A stretch of 64,000 nucleotides of DNA from Candidatus Aldehydirespiratoraceae bacterium. Its GTDB lineage: Bacteria; Actinomycetota; Acidimicrobiia; Acidimicrobiales; Aldehydirespiratoraceae. Every line of letters begins with the position of its first letter. Within the stretch, counting starts at the first letter, position 1. Location: positions 1,481,835 to 1,545,834 of the forward strand of contig CBDFKX010000002.1 of assembly GCA_965249055.1 (NCBI GenBank), written 5' to 3'. The position numbers and the translations under genes were made by a program. Under the pieces are notes generated by a model. The model searched no databases. It was given only the letters and a program-made list of their open reading frames with translations, and was not told where the DNA came from. Shown here one piece after another: positions 38,585-48,012 of the stretch.

Positions 38585-39442
38585 GTGGAGTTTCTGACCG
38601 ACCCAGTGACGTGGTGGATAGATCCATTCACGTCCAACTCATTCATGCGAAACGCGCTCTACGCGGGCTTGCTTGTGGTACTCACCACCTCGGTTGTGGG
38701 CACTTGGGTCGTGTTGCGTGGGATGAGCTTCTTGGGCGATGCCCTGGCACACGGCGTGCTCCCCGGCATCGCTGTAGCGTTCATCATCGGTGTGAACACC
38801 ACAATCGGAGCGTTTGTTGCAGCCTTGGTGATGGTGTTGGGTATCAACTTGATCCGAAATCATTCGCCGCTCCCCGAAGACGCCTCAATTGGAGTGCTCT
38901 TCGTGGGTTTCCTGGCTCTGGCCGTGGTGATCATGTCGAGTTCGTCGGGGTCATACACGGGTGACCTCAATCGCTTTCTGTTCGGCTCGATCACCGGAGT
39001 CGACTCTGGAGACCTTCGGCGTCAAGCAATTGCGGCGGTGATCTCGTTGGCTGGCGTGACTGTTTTTTATCGAGCGTTTCTGGTGATGACTTTCGACGAA
39101 GCCCAGGCACAGGTCTTGGGTCTGCGCCCCCGTCTAGCGCACGCGATGCTGCTGGTGTTGCTGGTGATCTCAATCGTTTCGTCTTTCGAAGCGGTCGGGA
39201 ACCTATTGGTGTTCGCCTTTTTGATCGCGCCGCCCGCGACTGCGGTGCTGCTGGTAAGGAGAGTGCCGCGCATCATGATCGTGGCGACTGCCATCGGAGC
39301 GGGGTCGACAGTGGTCGGGCTGCTCATCAGCTATCACCACAGCACCGCCGCCGGAGCCACGATGGCCCTTGCGACGGTAGTTGTCTTTCTCGTCGTGCTC
39401 ACCTCAAAGTCGGTGCTGAATGCAATTGGAGAGCGTCGCTAG
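38585..39442 (+). CDS. metal ABC transporter permease (ZnuB-like)
   Basis: Polytopic. MSFLGDALAHGVLPGIA is typical of the ABC-3 family. Confidence 0.8.
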   Translation: MEFLTDPVTWWIDPFTSNSFMRNALYAGLLVVLTTSVVGTWVVLRGMSFLGDALAHGVLPGIAVAFIIGVNTTIGAFVAALVMVLGINLIRNHSPLPEDASIGVLFVGFLALAVVIMSSSSGSYTGDLNRFLFGSITGVDSGDLRRQAIAAVISLAGVTVFYRAFLVMTFDEAQAQVLGLRPRLAHAMLLVLLVISIVSSFEAVGNLLVFAFLIAPPATAVLLVRRVPRIMIVATAIGAGSTVVGLLISYHHSTAAGATMALATVVVFLVVLTSKSVLNAIGERR

Positions 39443-39501
39443 AACTCAACGCGGCAGACTTTGGGATTGGTCGCAGACCTGCGCCTAATATCAGTCGGGC
39501 T

Positions 39502-41097
39502 ATGGCTGCGTCGGAACAGCAACGCCGGCTAGGTGAGCATTTCGAGTTCCCCCAGACCGTCGAACACGTTGAGGGCAGCGGGCCGCGCAACATGGTCGTC
39601 TTGCTGCTTGACAGCCTTAACCGCCACATGCTCGGGGCCTACGGGGGCGACGAATTCGAAACCCCCAACCTTGATCGCCTAGCGGCTCGGTCGCTCAGGT
39701 TCACCCGTCATTACTCGGCGTCCTTGCCTTGTATGCCGGCCCGACACGATCTGCTCTGCGGATCCTGGGACTTCCTGTGGCGTCCCTGGGGGTCGATTGA
39801 ATTGTGGGAGAACAACGTCACCCAGGATCTACGGATGACCGGGGTAACGAGTCAGCTGATTACTGATCACCCTCATCTGTTTGAAACTGGCGGGGAGAAC
39901 TATCACACCGATTTCTCTGCCTGGGATTACCTCCGGGGTCACGAAGGTGACCCTTGGAAGACCCGTCCCGACCCGTCGTGGCTGGGTACTCCCGCTTTGC
40001 CTGCAGCACAGGGGATGTTTCGACGTGGTTATGACTACTCCCGTACCTACTTCCGGGAGGAGGGCGATTTCCCGGGCCCGAAAACCATGGCGGCAACCGC
40101 CGATTGGCTCGACCACAACGCAGGTGCCCACGAACGCTTCTTTTTGTTCGTCGATGAATTCGACCCCCACGAACCTTTCGACACGCCCGATCCCTGGACA
40201 TTCAAGTATCACGACCAGCGAGACGCGGAGTTGATGATCTGGCCGCCGTACGGCACCGATCCGGTCGGCAGTGGTGACATTACCGAGGCTCAGGCAGCGC
40301 AAATCCGTGCCAACTACGGCGCCAAACTGTCGATGATTGATCACTGGCTGGGCCGTGTTCTCGACGCTATGGACCGCAACGGGCTGTGGGACGACACGGT
40401 ACTTGTGCTTTGCACCGATCATGGGCACTATCTCGGTGAACACGGCGGCGCCTTCGGTAAACCGGGATTGCCGATCTACAACACGCTGGGGCACATTCCG
40501 ATGCTGATCTCCTGGCCGGGAGCGGTACCGGGCGCTTGTGATGCGCTCACGACCACGGTCGACATCCACGCCACGATCGTCGATCTTTTTGGTGCAGAGC
40601 CCCGCCACCGCACCCACGGCAAATCGTTGCGGCCGTTGCTCGACGGCCACGCCGAAGCGGTTCGCGAGTGGACTTTGCAGGGCTATTTCGGTCGTGAAGT
40701 AAACGTGATTGACGTTGCCGGGAAATACGTTCGCACCACGCCAGATGGGCCGTTCCCGTTGTCGATGTGGTCGAACCGTTGGTCGACGATGCCGGTCCAC
40801 GCTCTGCCGCGTTTTGGGCTGCCCCGCCCAGACGACCGAGCGTTTCTTGATCGAATGCCAGGATCAGACGTGCCGGTGATCCGCCAACCCTTCAGCGCAG
40901 AATCAGACGGGTCGCATCCCTTCATTGCCGGCCGTTCGGTTTCGGATACGCATCTTCTTTTCGATGTTGCTGATGCGGACGAGTCGGAGAACATGTCCGG
41001 TTCGCGACGCGAGGCGTACTACGTCGAGTTGCTGAGACATGCCCTGAACGAGGTGGATGCACCCGAAGATCAACTGCAACGACTCGGCCTGTCGTGA
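39502..41097 (+). CDS. type I (formylglycine-dependent) sulfatase 1
   Basis: VVLLLDSLN..., SLPCMPARHDL (C-x-P-x-R), CTDHGHYLGEHG. No signal peptide. Confidence 0.8.
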   Translation: MAASEQQRRLGEHFEFPQTVEHVEGSGPRNMVVLLLDSLNRHMLGAYGGDEFETPNLDRLAARSLRFTRHYSASLPCMPARHDLLCGSWDFLWRPWGSIELWENNVTQDLRMTGVTSQLITDHPHLFETGGENYHTDFSAWDYLRGHEGDPWKTRPDPSWLGTPALPAAQGMFRRGYDYSRTYFREEGDFPGPKTMAATADWLDHNAGAHERFFLFVDEFDPHEPFDTPDPWTFKYHDQRDAELMIWPPYGTDPVGSGDITEAQAAQIRANYGAKLSMIDHWLGRVLDAMDRNGLWDDTVLVLCTDHGHYLGEHGGAFGKPGLPIYNTLGHIPMLISWPGAVPGACDALTTTVDIHATIVDLFGAEPRHRTHGKSLRPLLDGHAEAVREWTLQGYFGREVNVIDVAGKYVRTTPDGPFPLSMWSNRWSTMPVHALPRFGLPRPDDRAFLDRMPGSDVPVIRQPFSAESDGSHPFIAGRSVSDTHLLFDVADADESENMSGSRREAYYVELLRHALNEVDAPEDQLQRLGLS

Positions 41098-42608
41098 CGC
41101 GGCATCAGGCCCGTCAACCCAACGTCTTGTGGTTGATGTGCGACGAGTTGCGGCCCGACGGCGTGGGTTGCTATGGCAACAAGTGGGGGGTTGTCGATAC
41201 ACCAAACCTTGATTCTTTGGCTGAGACCGGTACCCGTTTTGATCGTTTCTTTGTGAACTCTCCGATTTGTGTGTCGTCGCGCACGGCTTACCTGACAGGA
41301 CGTCGCCCCGCGGTTACGGGCGCGTACGGCAACGAAGCTTCGTATCGCTGGTTCCCACCCGAGACCTATACACCGCAACAACAAGAGACTCCCGAGACAT
41401 TTGTGGAGATGCTGGCTGATGCTGGCTACGTCACGCGCAACCTTGGGAAACAGCATCTCAACAGATTGCTTGAGCCATTCGAAACGTCTGACACCAGTAA
41501 CGCGGATCAGTGGCGTCTCATGCAAGCAGTCTCTCAGGTTGGAGTCGATATCCAGCGCAACGGGGTCGGCTCTGCGATCGGAGGTGTCTGGCCCACCGGT
41601 CACGAATATCCCCACGACGCGCTGGCAGATCAGGCGGGGGCGTGGTTTGCCGAGGCGCCGACGGACAAGCCGTGGTTGCTGCGTGTTTCGTTCTTGCAAC
41701 CGCACACCCCAGTTGTGGTTCCTGAACCGTTCGCGAGCCGTTTCGTTGACCAGGACTGGACCACACCCAGAGATATCCGCGCTTCGGTCAGCGCCTTTGA
41801 ACAGAACTTCGGTGACGTCACTAGGCCAAGCGATGTCGATGATGAGTGGATCAGCTTGGCGAGAGCCCGCTACTACGGGTTGACAGCATGGCTCGACCAC
41901 CAGATTGGGCAGGTCTTGTCCGCGCGCGAAGAGTCTGGACAGCGTGACTCGACCGTCGTGGTGTTCTGCTCAGACCACGGAGCCGGGTTGGGTGAAAGGG
42001 GCAACTGGGCCAAGCATGTTTTTGCTCCCCAAGTTCAGGGTTCGCCGCTGATCGTGGCGGGGGCAGGTATAGACCAGGGCGTGCTGCGCAACGACCTCTG
42101 TGAAGCAGTTGACTTTGCTCCAACAATCCTCGCGCTCGCCGGGGTGGAGCCGACGGCTGCTGTTGACGGCCGTGACCTATTCGCGTCAAACAGCGGGGGA
42201 CCGGCATTCGGCGCAATCGGATACGGGCTTCGAGAATGTTTGGCGCAACCAATGACACGTAACGGACAGTGGCCCGACGGCCGGGGTTGGCCGCAACGTT
42301 TTTGTGTGCGTGATGATCGCTACCGACTTGATCGCTCGACTCGAATGGACGGGCATGTCATTGACGCTGAGGACACGGATGCGGATATCTTCTTGGCCGA
42401 TTCGCAAACGGACCCCGATGAGATCTGCAACCTGGCCGACGATGGGGCCAATGCTGAGGTACGTGATCGGTTACTTTCGCTGCTTGAGAGCCACATTGTC
42501 AGAGCAGCCGTTCCTGAACTCGATGACTTCTACCAAGCTTGGCCGTCGATCATTGAGGAGATAATCGCTGAGAGGCTGGGACCTAAGAGTTCGGGAGAAG
42601 ACACTTGA
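41094..42608 (+). CDS. type I sulfatase 2 (variant C-V-S-S-R signature)
   Basis: LWLMCDELRPD, SPICVSSRTAYLTGR, CSDHGAGLGERG. ATGA-type overlap with the upstream gene. Confidence 0.8.
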   Translation: MTRHQARQPNVLWLMCDELRPDGVGCYGNKWGVVDTPNLDSLAETGTRFDRFFVNSPICVSSRTAYLTGRRPAVTGAYGNEASYRWFPPETYTPQQQETPETFVEMLADAGYVTRNLGKQHLNRLLEPFETSDTSNADQWRLMQAVSQVGVDIQRNGVGSAIGGVWPTGHEYPHDALADQAGAWFAEAPTDKPWLLRVSFLQPHTPVVVPEPFASRFVDQDWTTPRDIRASVSAFEQNFGDVTRPSDVDDEWISLARARYYGLTAWLDHQIGQVLSAREESGQRDSTVVVFCSDHGAGLGERGNWAKHVFAPQVQGSPLIVAGAGIDQGVLRNDLCEAVDFAPTILALAGVEPTAAVDGRDLFASNSGGPAFGAIGYGLRECLAQPMTRNGQWPDGRGWPQRFCVRDDRYRLDRSTRMDGHVIDAEDTDADIFLADSQTDPDEICNLADDGANAEVRDRLLSLLESHIVRAAVPELDDFYQAWPSIIEEIIAERLGPKSSGEDT

Positions 42609-44029
42609 TGGCCAACTCTTCGAGTCCCTCGAACTTGGTGCGACCCAACGTTTTGTTCATCATGACCGACCAATGGCGCTGGGATTGGCTCAGTTGTATG
42701 GGGACTGTCGGCCCGAGCACGCCACACGTTGACGCCCTAGCTGCGCGCGGCGTTCATATGACTCACCTGGTTACGGACTCTGCGATTTGCGCGCCAGCAC
42801 GGATTGCTCTGGCATCAGCGATGTCACCGCTACGTCTTGACTGTTTGACGAACAGTTCGGTCCTTCCGGCCGGTACCGAAACGTGGCACCACCGTTTCCG
42901 TGACAGCGGATACCGGGTTGGGTTGGTCGGCCAAACTGATCTGTCGAAACCGACCCGCAACATAGGGTTGAAGGGCAATCGCGAGCTTGTCTATGAATGG
43001 GGTTTCAGCGACGGGCTCGAGGTGGAGGGCAAGATGCATGCCGCGGCTGGTGGAGAGGGATATCCACTGGGACCGTACGGCGCGTTCCTTGCTTCACGAG
43101 GACTATTCGAGGCATTTCACCACGATTACAACGCCCGCAACATCCCCATGTACAAGGCCATGTTCAGTAACGGGCATTACGACGACCCGGACTGGTATCG
43201 GGATTCGGTGCTTCCCGCGGATGCATTTGCAGACACCTGGATCGGTGAACGCGCGGTGGACTGGCTTGCTACGGCGGGAGACGGCCCGTGGAATCTGATG
43301 GTGAGTTTCGCTGGACCCCATGATCCCTTCGATCCACCGACCGTCTGGGCCGACATGTTCCGACATGCCGACATGGCCGATCCGGTTCTCAACGCCAACG
43401 ACAACAAACCGCTTTACCTCACGACTTCGGCTTGGGGATTTGATGCTGCCCACATAGCGGAGATTCGGCGTCAATACAGCGCCTCGTGTGCCGCCATTGA
43501 TCACGAGGTTGGCCGCATGGTGGCCGTGCTTGAGGACCGCGGGCTTGTTGCTGAGACGATTGTGGTCTTCACCTCAGATCACGGGGAGATGCTCGGCGAT
43601 CATCACCGGTTCCAAAAGCATGTCGCGTATGAGCCCTCGGTGCGGGTTCCTTTTGTGGCTGCCGGTCCTGGTATTGCCCAAGGAAGCAGTGAAGCGCTGG
43701 CGCAGCTCAGCGATGTGGGGCCGACCCTTTGTGAACTCGCTGGTCTTGAACCCTGGCGCGGTGTTGATGGAATGTCGTTTGCCTCGACTCTGACCTCTCC
43801 CACGGTTCCGCATCGTGATGCTGTCGTCTGTGTTGAACCGCATTACCGCATGGTTCGAACCCAAGACCGCAAATTCATCTGGAACCGCAACGACATCGAG
43901 GAGGTCTACGATCTCGGCGGCGACCCCGGTGAGTGTGAAAATCTGCGTGGGACTGCGCCCGAACACGAACTACTCGACCTCCTGATTGAGCACACCGGAC
44001 CCTTGCCCGAAGGCCCTAGTCTGTTGTGA
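42605..44029 (+). CDS. type I sulfatase 3
   Basis: LFIMTDQWRWD, SAICAPARIAL, TSDHGEMLGDHH. Overlaps the upstream gene. Confidence 0.8.
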   Translation: MMANSSSPSNLVRPNVLFIMTDQWRWDWLSCMGTVGPSTPHVDALAARGVHMTHLVTDSAICAPARIALASAMSPLRLDCLTNSSVLPAGTETWHHRFRDSGYRVGLVGQTDLSKPTRNIGLKGNRELVYEWGFSDGLEVEGKMHAAAGGEGYPLGPYGAFLASRGLFEAFHHDYNARNIPMYKAMFSNGHYDDPDWYRDSVLPADAFADTWIGERAVDWLATAGDGPWNLMVSFAGPHDPFDPPTVWADMFRHADMADPVLNANDNKPLYLTTSAWGFDAAHIAEIRRQYSASCAAIDHEVGRMVAVLEDRGLVAETIVVFTSDHGEMLGDHHRFQKHVAYEPSVRVPFVAAGPGIAQGSSEALAQLSDVGPTLCELAGLEPWRGVDGMSFASTLTSPTVPHRDAVVCVEPHYRMVRTQDRKFIWNRNDIEEVYDLGGDPGECENLRGTAPEHELLDLLIEHTGPLPEGPSLL

Positions 44030-44153
44030 CGGGAAACAACTGGGGAGCGCAACTTGAATTCGATGCATCGCCAACAGAATCTGGGCGAACAGCTTCTTGA
44101 GATAATCCGCACGACCCGCTCGGCGGATGATTCGAACCGGTTGAGGAGGAAGC

Positions 44154-44942
44154 ATGGATCTATCCACCATCGACTACGAAGTACGTGACCATGTGGCCCA
44201 TCTGAGGTTCACCCAAGGTGATAGCGCAAATGTCGTTAACCGGGTCTTTGCTGCGGATTTGAGGGCGGTGATGCTTGAGATCGAGTGGGATGACAAGGTG
44301 CGTGCCGTGTCGGTTACAGCCGAAGGCAAGTTGTTCAGTGCTGGTGGCGATCTCAAAGAGTTCCATTCCAAAGGCGCGGATCTTCCCAAACATGTCGCCG
44401 ACCTACTCGCCGACTTCCACACGGCCATCTACAAGATGAACCGCATCCCCAAACCGTTCGTGGCCGGGGTCCGTGGTGGAGTGGGCGGAGCGGGACTCTC
44501 GCTGGTCGGGGCTTTCGATCTAGTCGTATCCGGTGAATCAGCCAAGTACACGATGGCCTACACCCGAGCGGGTATGACACCCGACGGAACTTCTAGCTAC
44601 TTCGTTGCCCGCCACATTGGGGTACGTCGGATGCTCGATCTGACGCTCACCAACCGGACGTTGTCAGCAGTCGAAGCTGAAGCTTGGGGGTTAGTGAACC
44701 GGGTGGTGCCCGATGATGAGGTCGACGAGGCGACTCAGCAGCTTGCTCAACAACTAGCCGACGGTGCCCCGTATGCGATCGGTAACGCCAAGCGCATCAT
44801 CTATGAGGGTTACGAGCGGTCTCTCGAAGAAGCCGGCGAGATTGAAGGTGTGATGATCACAGGCGCAGCCGCAACCAACGACGGCAAGGAAGGAATCGCC
44901 GCATTCGTTGAAAAACGCCGTCCCAACTTCACTGGTTCCTGA
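44154..44942 (+). CDS. enoyl-CoA hydratase/isomerase (crotonase) family protein
   Basis: FSAGGDLKEF, GGVGGAGLSL, oxyanion-hole pattern. Confidence 0.85.
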   Translation: MDLSTIDYEVRDHVAHLRFTQGDSANVVNRVFAADLRAVMLEIEWDDKVRAVSVTAEGKLFSAGGDLKEFHSKGADLPKHVADLLADFHTAIYKMNRIPKPFVAGVRGGVGGAGLSLVGAFDLVVSGESAKYTMAYTRAGMTPDGTSSYFVARHIGVRRMLDLTLTNRTLSAVEAEAWGLVNRVVPDDEVDEATQQLAQQLADGAPYAIGNAKRIIYEGYERSLEEAGEIEGVMITGAAATNDGKEGIAAFVEKRRPNFTGS

Positions 44943-44953
44943 AACGCCCGACC

Positions 44954-45727
44954 TTGACTGACCAGCCGACTTCTCCAACGAACAGGCAACCTAGCGACGA
45001 GCGCTACATGCACGGGTACCACGAGGTGATCGTGGGGTCGTACACTCGCCATACCGCGGAGACGTGCGCGGGCTTTCTGCTGCCTGGCCTGCAACCGGAC
45101 ACAGTGCTACTCGATTTGGGTTGTGGCCCCGGCACGATCACTGCCGGTCTGGCTCGCCGGGTCGGGCGCGCGGTCGGATTAGATGCATCCGCGGAGATGG
45201 TCGACGCTGCGCAAAACCACGCCGCAGACTGCGGGATCGACAATGCGACTTTTGAGGTCGGTTCGGCTTACGACCTGCCATTCAGCGATGACAGCTTCGA
45301 CGTGGTGTACGCCCATCAGGTGTTCCAGCATCTGTCGCAACCCGTCGAGGCACTGCGGGAAGTCCGCCGAATCCTGAAACCCGGAGGGATAGTGGCAATT
45401 CGTGACTCCGATTACGAAACGATGATCCACGCTCCAGTGACCGAGGCCATCGTTCGTTGGCGAGAGCTCTATCACCAGGTGTCCAGGGCCAACGGCGGCG
45501 AACCGAACGCTGGGCGGCATTTGTTGTCCTGGGCGACCGAGGCCGGATTTGTTGAGCCCGAAGTCACCACCGACACGGTCACGCATGCGACTCTCGAAGG
45601 GCGCACCGCTTGGGGCGAGATGTGGGCGGTGCGCGTAGTAGACAGCGACTTTGCCCGTCACGCGGTAGACCACGGGCTCTCCACCCGAGCCGAACTGCAG
45701 CAAATATCGGACTCCTTTCGCCACTGA
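44954..45727 (+). CDS. class I SAM-dependent methyltransferase (see finding: TGA at an expected Trp, ORF continues to 45796)
   Basis: VLLDLGCGPGTIT, FDVVYAHQVFQHL, LKPGGIVAI. Confidence 0.75.
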   Translation: MTDQPTSPTNRQPSDERYMHGYHEVIVGSYTRHTAETCAGFLLPGLQPDTVLLDLGCGPGTITAGLARRVGRAVGLDASAEMVDAAQNHAADCGIDNATFEVGSAYDLPFSDDSFDVVYAHQVFQHLSQPVEALREVRRILKPGGIVAIRDSDYETMIHAPVTEAIVRWRELYHQVSRANGGEPNAGRHLLSWATEAGFVEPEVTTDTVTHATLEGRTAWGEMWAVRVVDSDFARHAVDHGLSTRAELQQISDSFRH

Positions 45728-45919
45728 ACGAGCGAACCCTCCGGTTTCTGGGCCTACATGTGCGGCGAAGTCATCGCCACCTGCCCCTCAACTTGACCAG
45801 ACTGGAGTTCTTGTCCTGCCCAGCAGTCTGCTGAGTGATCTGCGGGATCGTTCGGCGAAACCAACTAGGGTCTGGCGCTGATGGCTGGAGGCCGACGAGA
45901 GGAGGACCTTGGGGTGGTG

Positions 45920-46912
45920 ATGTCCTCGGAGGTTGCGGGTCGGGTTCCGCTCGTTGACTTGTCGGGAGCGTTCGAGCCAGGCCGACGGCGCGATCACGCC
46001 GTTGAGGCGATCAGGCGGGCCTGCGAAGAAGTGGGTTTTCTGGTCATTACAGGTCACGGAGTCAGCAGCGAAACCGTGCAAAGGATCGAAGAAGTCTCCC
46101 GCCAATTCTTCGCCCTCCGGATTACCGAGAAGATGAAACTCATGTGCCCGGAAGGCAACAGGCGGGGCTATAAGCCTCTCGGTGGCACGCTGCTGGCGTC
46201 GTCACGTGGGGTTGAGACACCCCCAGACCTGTGCGAGTTGTACCTCCTCAACCGGTTTGATGACTCCGAAGCGGCCCGGCGCGCTGGATTGCGCGAAGGC
46301 CGCGAAGCCTTCTTCGCGCCAAACGTCTGGCCTGACCCAGAGCAGGTTCTGAATTTCCGGGAGACCTTCGAGACCTACTACGCGGTGATGGAGGGTTTGG
46401 CCGCCAGGCTGATGGCCTTGATGGCGCTGGCCCTCGGCCTGAACGAGCACTGGTTCGACGACAAGATCGCCGACCATGTCACGGCCCTCTCCGCCATCCA
46501 CTACCCGGCCCTTGGCGTAGCCCCTCTCCCCGGGCAGTACCGACGCGGGCCGCATTCGGACTGGGGCAGCCTCACTGTGTTGCACCATGACGGTGGACCG
46601 GGTCTGCAGATCATGTCGCCCGAAGGCCAATGGGAGGACGTACCGGTGGTCCGCGGGTCCTTTGTGGTGAATATCGGTGACCTGATGGCAATGTGGACCA
46701 ACGACCGTTGGGTTTCGACGGTGCACCGCGTCGTCGTGCCATCCGATGACTGGCGTGAGCGGATCTCGATCGCGTTCTTCCACCAACCGACTTACGACGC
46801 ACGCATCGAATGCATCCCCACCTGCACGTCAACCGACGACCCTCCTCGTCATGAACCGACCACTTCAGGCGAGTGGCTGGAATCGATGATCGACAAGACC
46901 ACCGCCTATTGA
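45920..46912 (+). CDS. 2OG-Fe(II) oxygenase (isopenicillin-N-synthase-like family)
   Basis: VPLVDLSG...GFLVITGHGV (DIOX_N), HSDWGSLTVLHHD, WVSTVHRV. Confidence 0.75.
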   Translation: MSSEVAGRVPLVDLSGAFEPGRRRDHAVEAIRRACEEVGFLVITGHGVSSETVQRIEEVSRQFFALRITEKMKLMCPEGNRRGYKPLGGTLLASSRGVETPPDLCELYLLNRFDDSEAARRAGLREGREAFFAPNVWPDPEQVLNFRETFETYYAVMEGLAARLMALMALALGLNEHWFDDKIADHVTALSAIHYPALGVAPLPGQYRRGPHSDWGSLTVLHHDGGPGLQIMSPEGQWEDVPVVRGSFVVNIGDLMAMWTNDRWVSTVHRVVVPSDDWRERISIAFFHQPTYDARIECIPTCTSTDDPPRHEPTTSGEWLESMIDKTTAY

Positions 46913-46989
46913 CGGAGCGGCCAAGACTCGATGTCTCCGAACCTCTAGCATGAGTGCCGGCTGGGACGTACCAAAGACCGGGAGGTCGC

Positions 46990-48009
46990 ATGAACCCTCG
47001 AAGAGACATGGTCATCGGTGCCATTGCCTGCATCGTCATCTTCTTCTTCTTTGTCAGCATCGATTTGTACGAGACAGTCTCGGACTTCACGAGTGAACAC
47101 GAGGGCTGGCAACTCGTTGAGATCCTGGCGGCTGTGCCTACGCTCGCCCTGGTCACCTCCTGGTTCGCCGTGCGGCGCTGGCTGGAAGTAGCCCACCTCA
47201 ACGACAGGCTGGCTCATACCGTCGGACAACTCAAAGAAGCGATTAATGAACGCCAGGCCATGGAGGAACAGATCGGCGAGGCTTACAAAATGGCGGCGAT
47301 GGGCGCGCTATCTGGAGGGCTCACCCGGGAACTCAACAATGTGATGCAGCCGATCGTGACCTTGGCGCAACTGGGAGTCGACCAAATCGACCAAAGCGAG
47401 GCGCAACGGGAGAATATGGGTCGCATACTCTTGGCGGCGGAGCGTGGTTGCAAGATTCTCGAGAGTTCATTGGCTGACCCTGTTGGCGGATTCGGTGACG
47501 CAGAAGAGATCATCCCGTCGCAGGGGTTGTCGAGTGTGATTGCCCAGGTAGGAAAGTCGGTCGGAAACGATGTGACGATTGTGTCCCGCTTCAGCGACGA
47601 GGGTGGCGTGATCTCAGTGAACCGTGAAGAATTCGACTCGGTGTTTACGAGTTTGCTGACCAACGCGGCACAGGCCATGAAGCGTGGGGGCGAGATCACG
47701 GTGGGACTCTCGACCCGCACACTTGACGAGGCCCAGGCGAGTGTGCAGGGAGTTTCAGCTGGCAGCTACTTCAGTGTCACTGTGGCCGACCAAGGCATTG
47801 GCATGACCGATGATGTGCGAACCCAAGTTTTTGATCCGTTCTTCACAACCAAATCGGCCGACGGATGCGCCGGTCTGGGTCTCACCATCGCCTATGAACA
47901 GGTTCACGGATGGTCGGGCAGGATCACTGCGGAATCGTCTTATGGTGAGGGTTCGACGTTCGAAGTTCTCATCCCCCACCACCATGCAGACGAAGCCCCA
48001 GGAGCCTGA
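46990..48009 (+). CDS. membrane histidine-kinase-like protein with Arg in place of the H-box histidine
   Basis: Two N-terminal TM segments. DHp-like ...MGALSGGLTRELNNVMQPI (expected AHELNNP). Intact N, G1 (DQGIGM), F (FDPFFTTK) and G2 (GLGLTIA) boxes. Confidence 0.7.
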   Translation: MNPRRDMVIGAIACIVIFFFFVSIDLYETVSDFTSEHEGWQLVEILAAVPTLALVTSWFAVRRWLEVAHLNDRLAHTVGQLKEAINERQAMEEQIGEAYKMAAMGALSGGLTRELNNVMQPIVTLAQLGVDQIDQSEAQRENMGRILLAAERGCKILESSLADPVGGFGDAEEIIPSQGLSSVIAQVGKSVGNDVTIVSRFSDEGGVISVNREEFDSVFTSLLTNAAQAMKRGGEITVGLSTRTLDEAQASVQGVSAGSYFSVTVADQGIGMTDDVRTQVFDPFFTTKSADGCAGLGLTIAYEQVHGWSGRITAESSYGEGSTFEVLIPHHHADEAPGA

Positions 48010-48012
48010 ATA

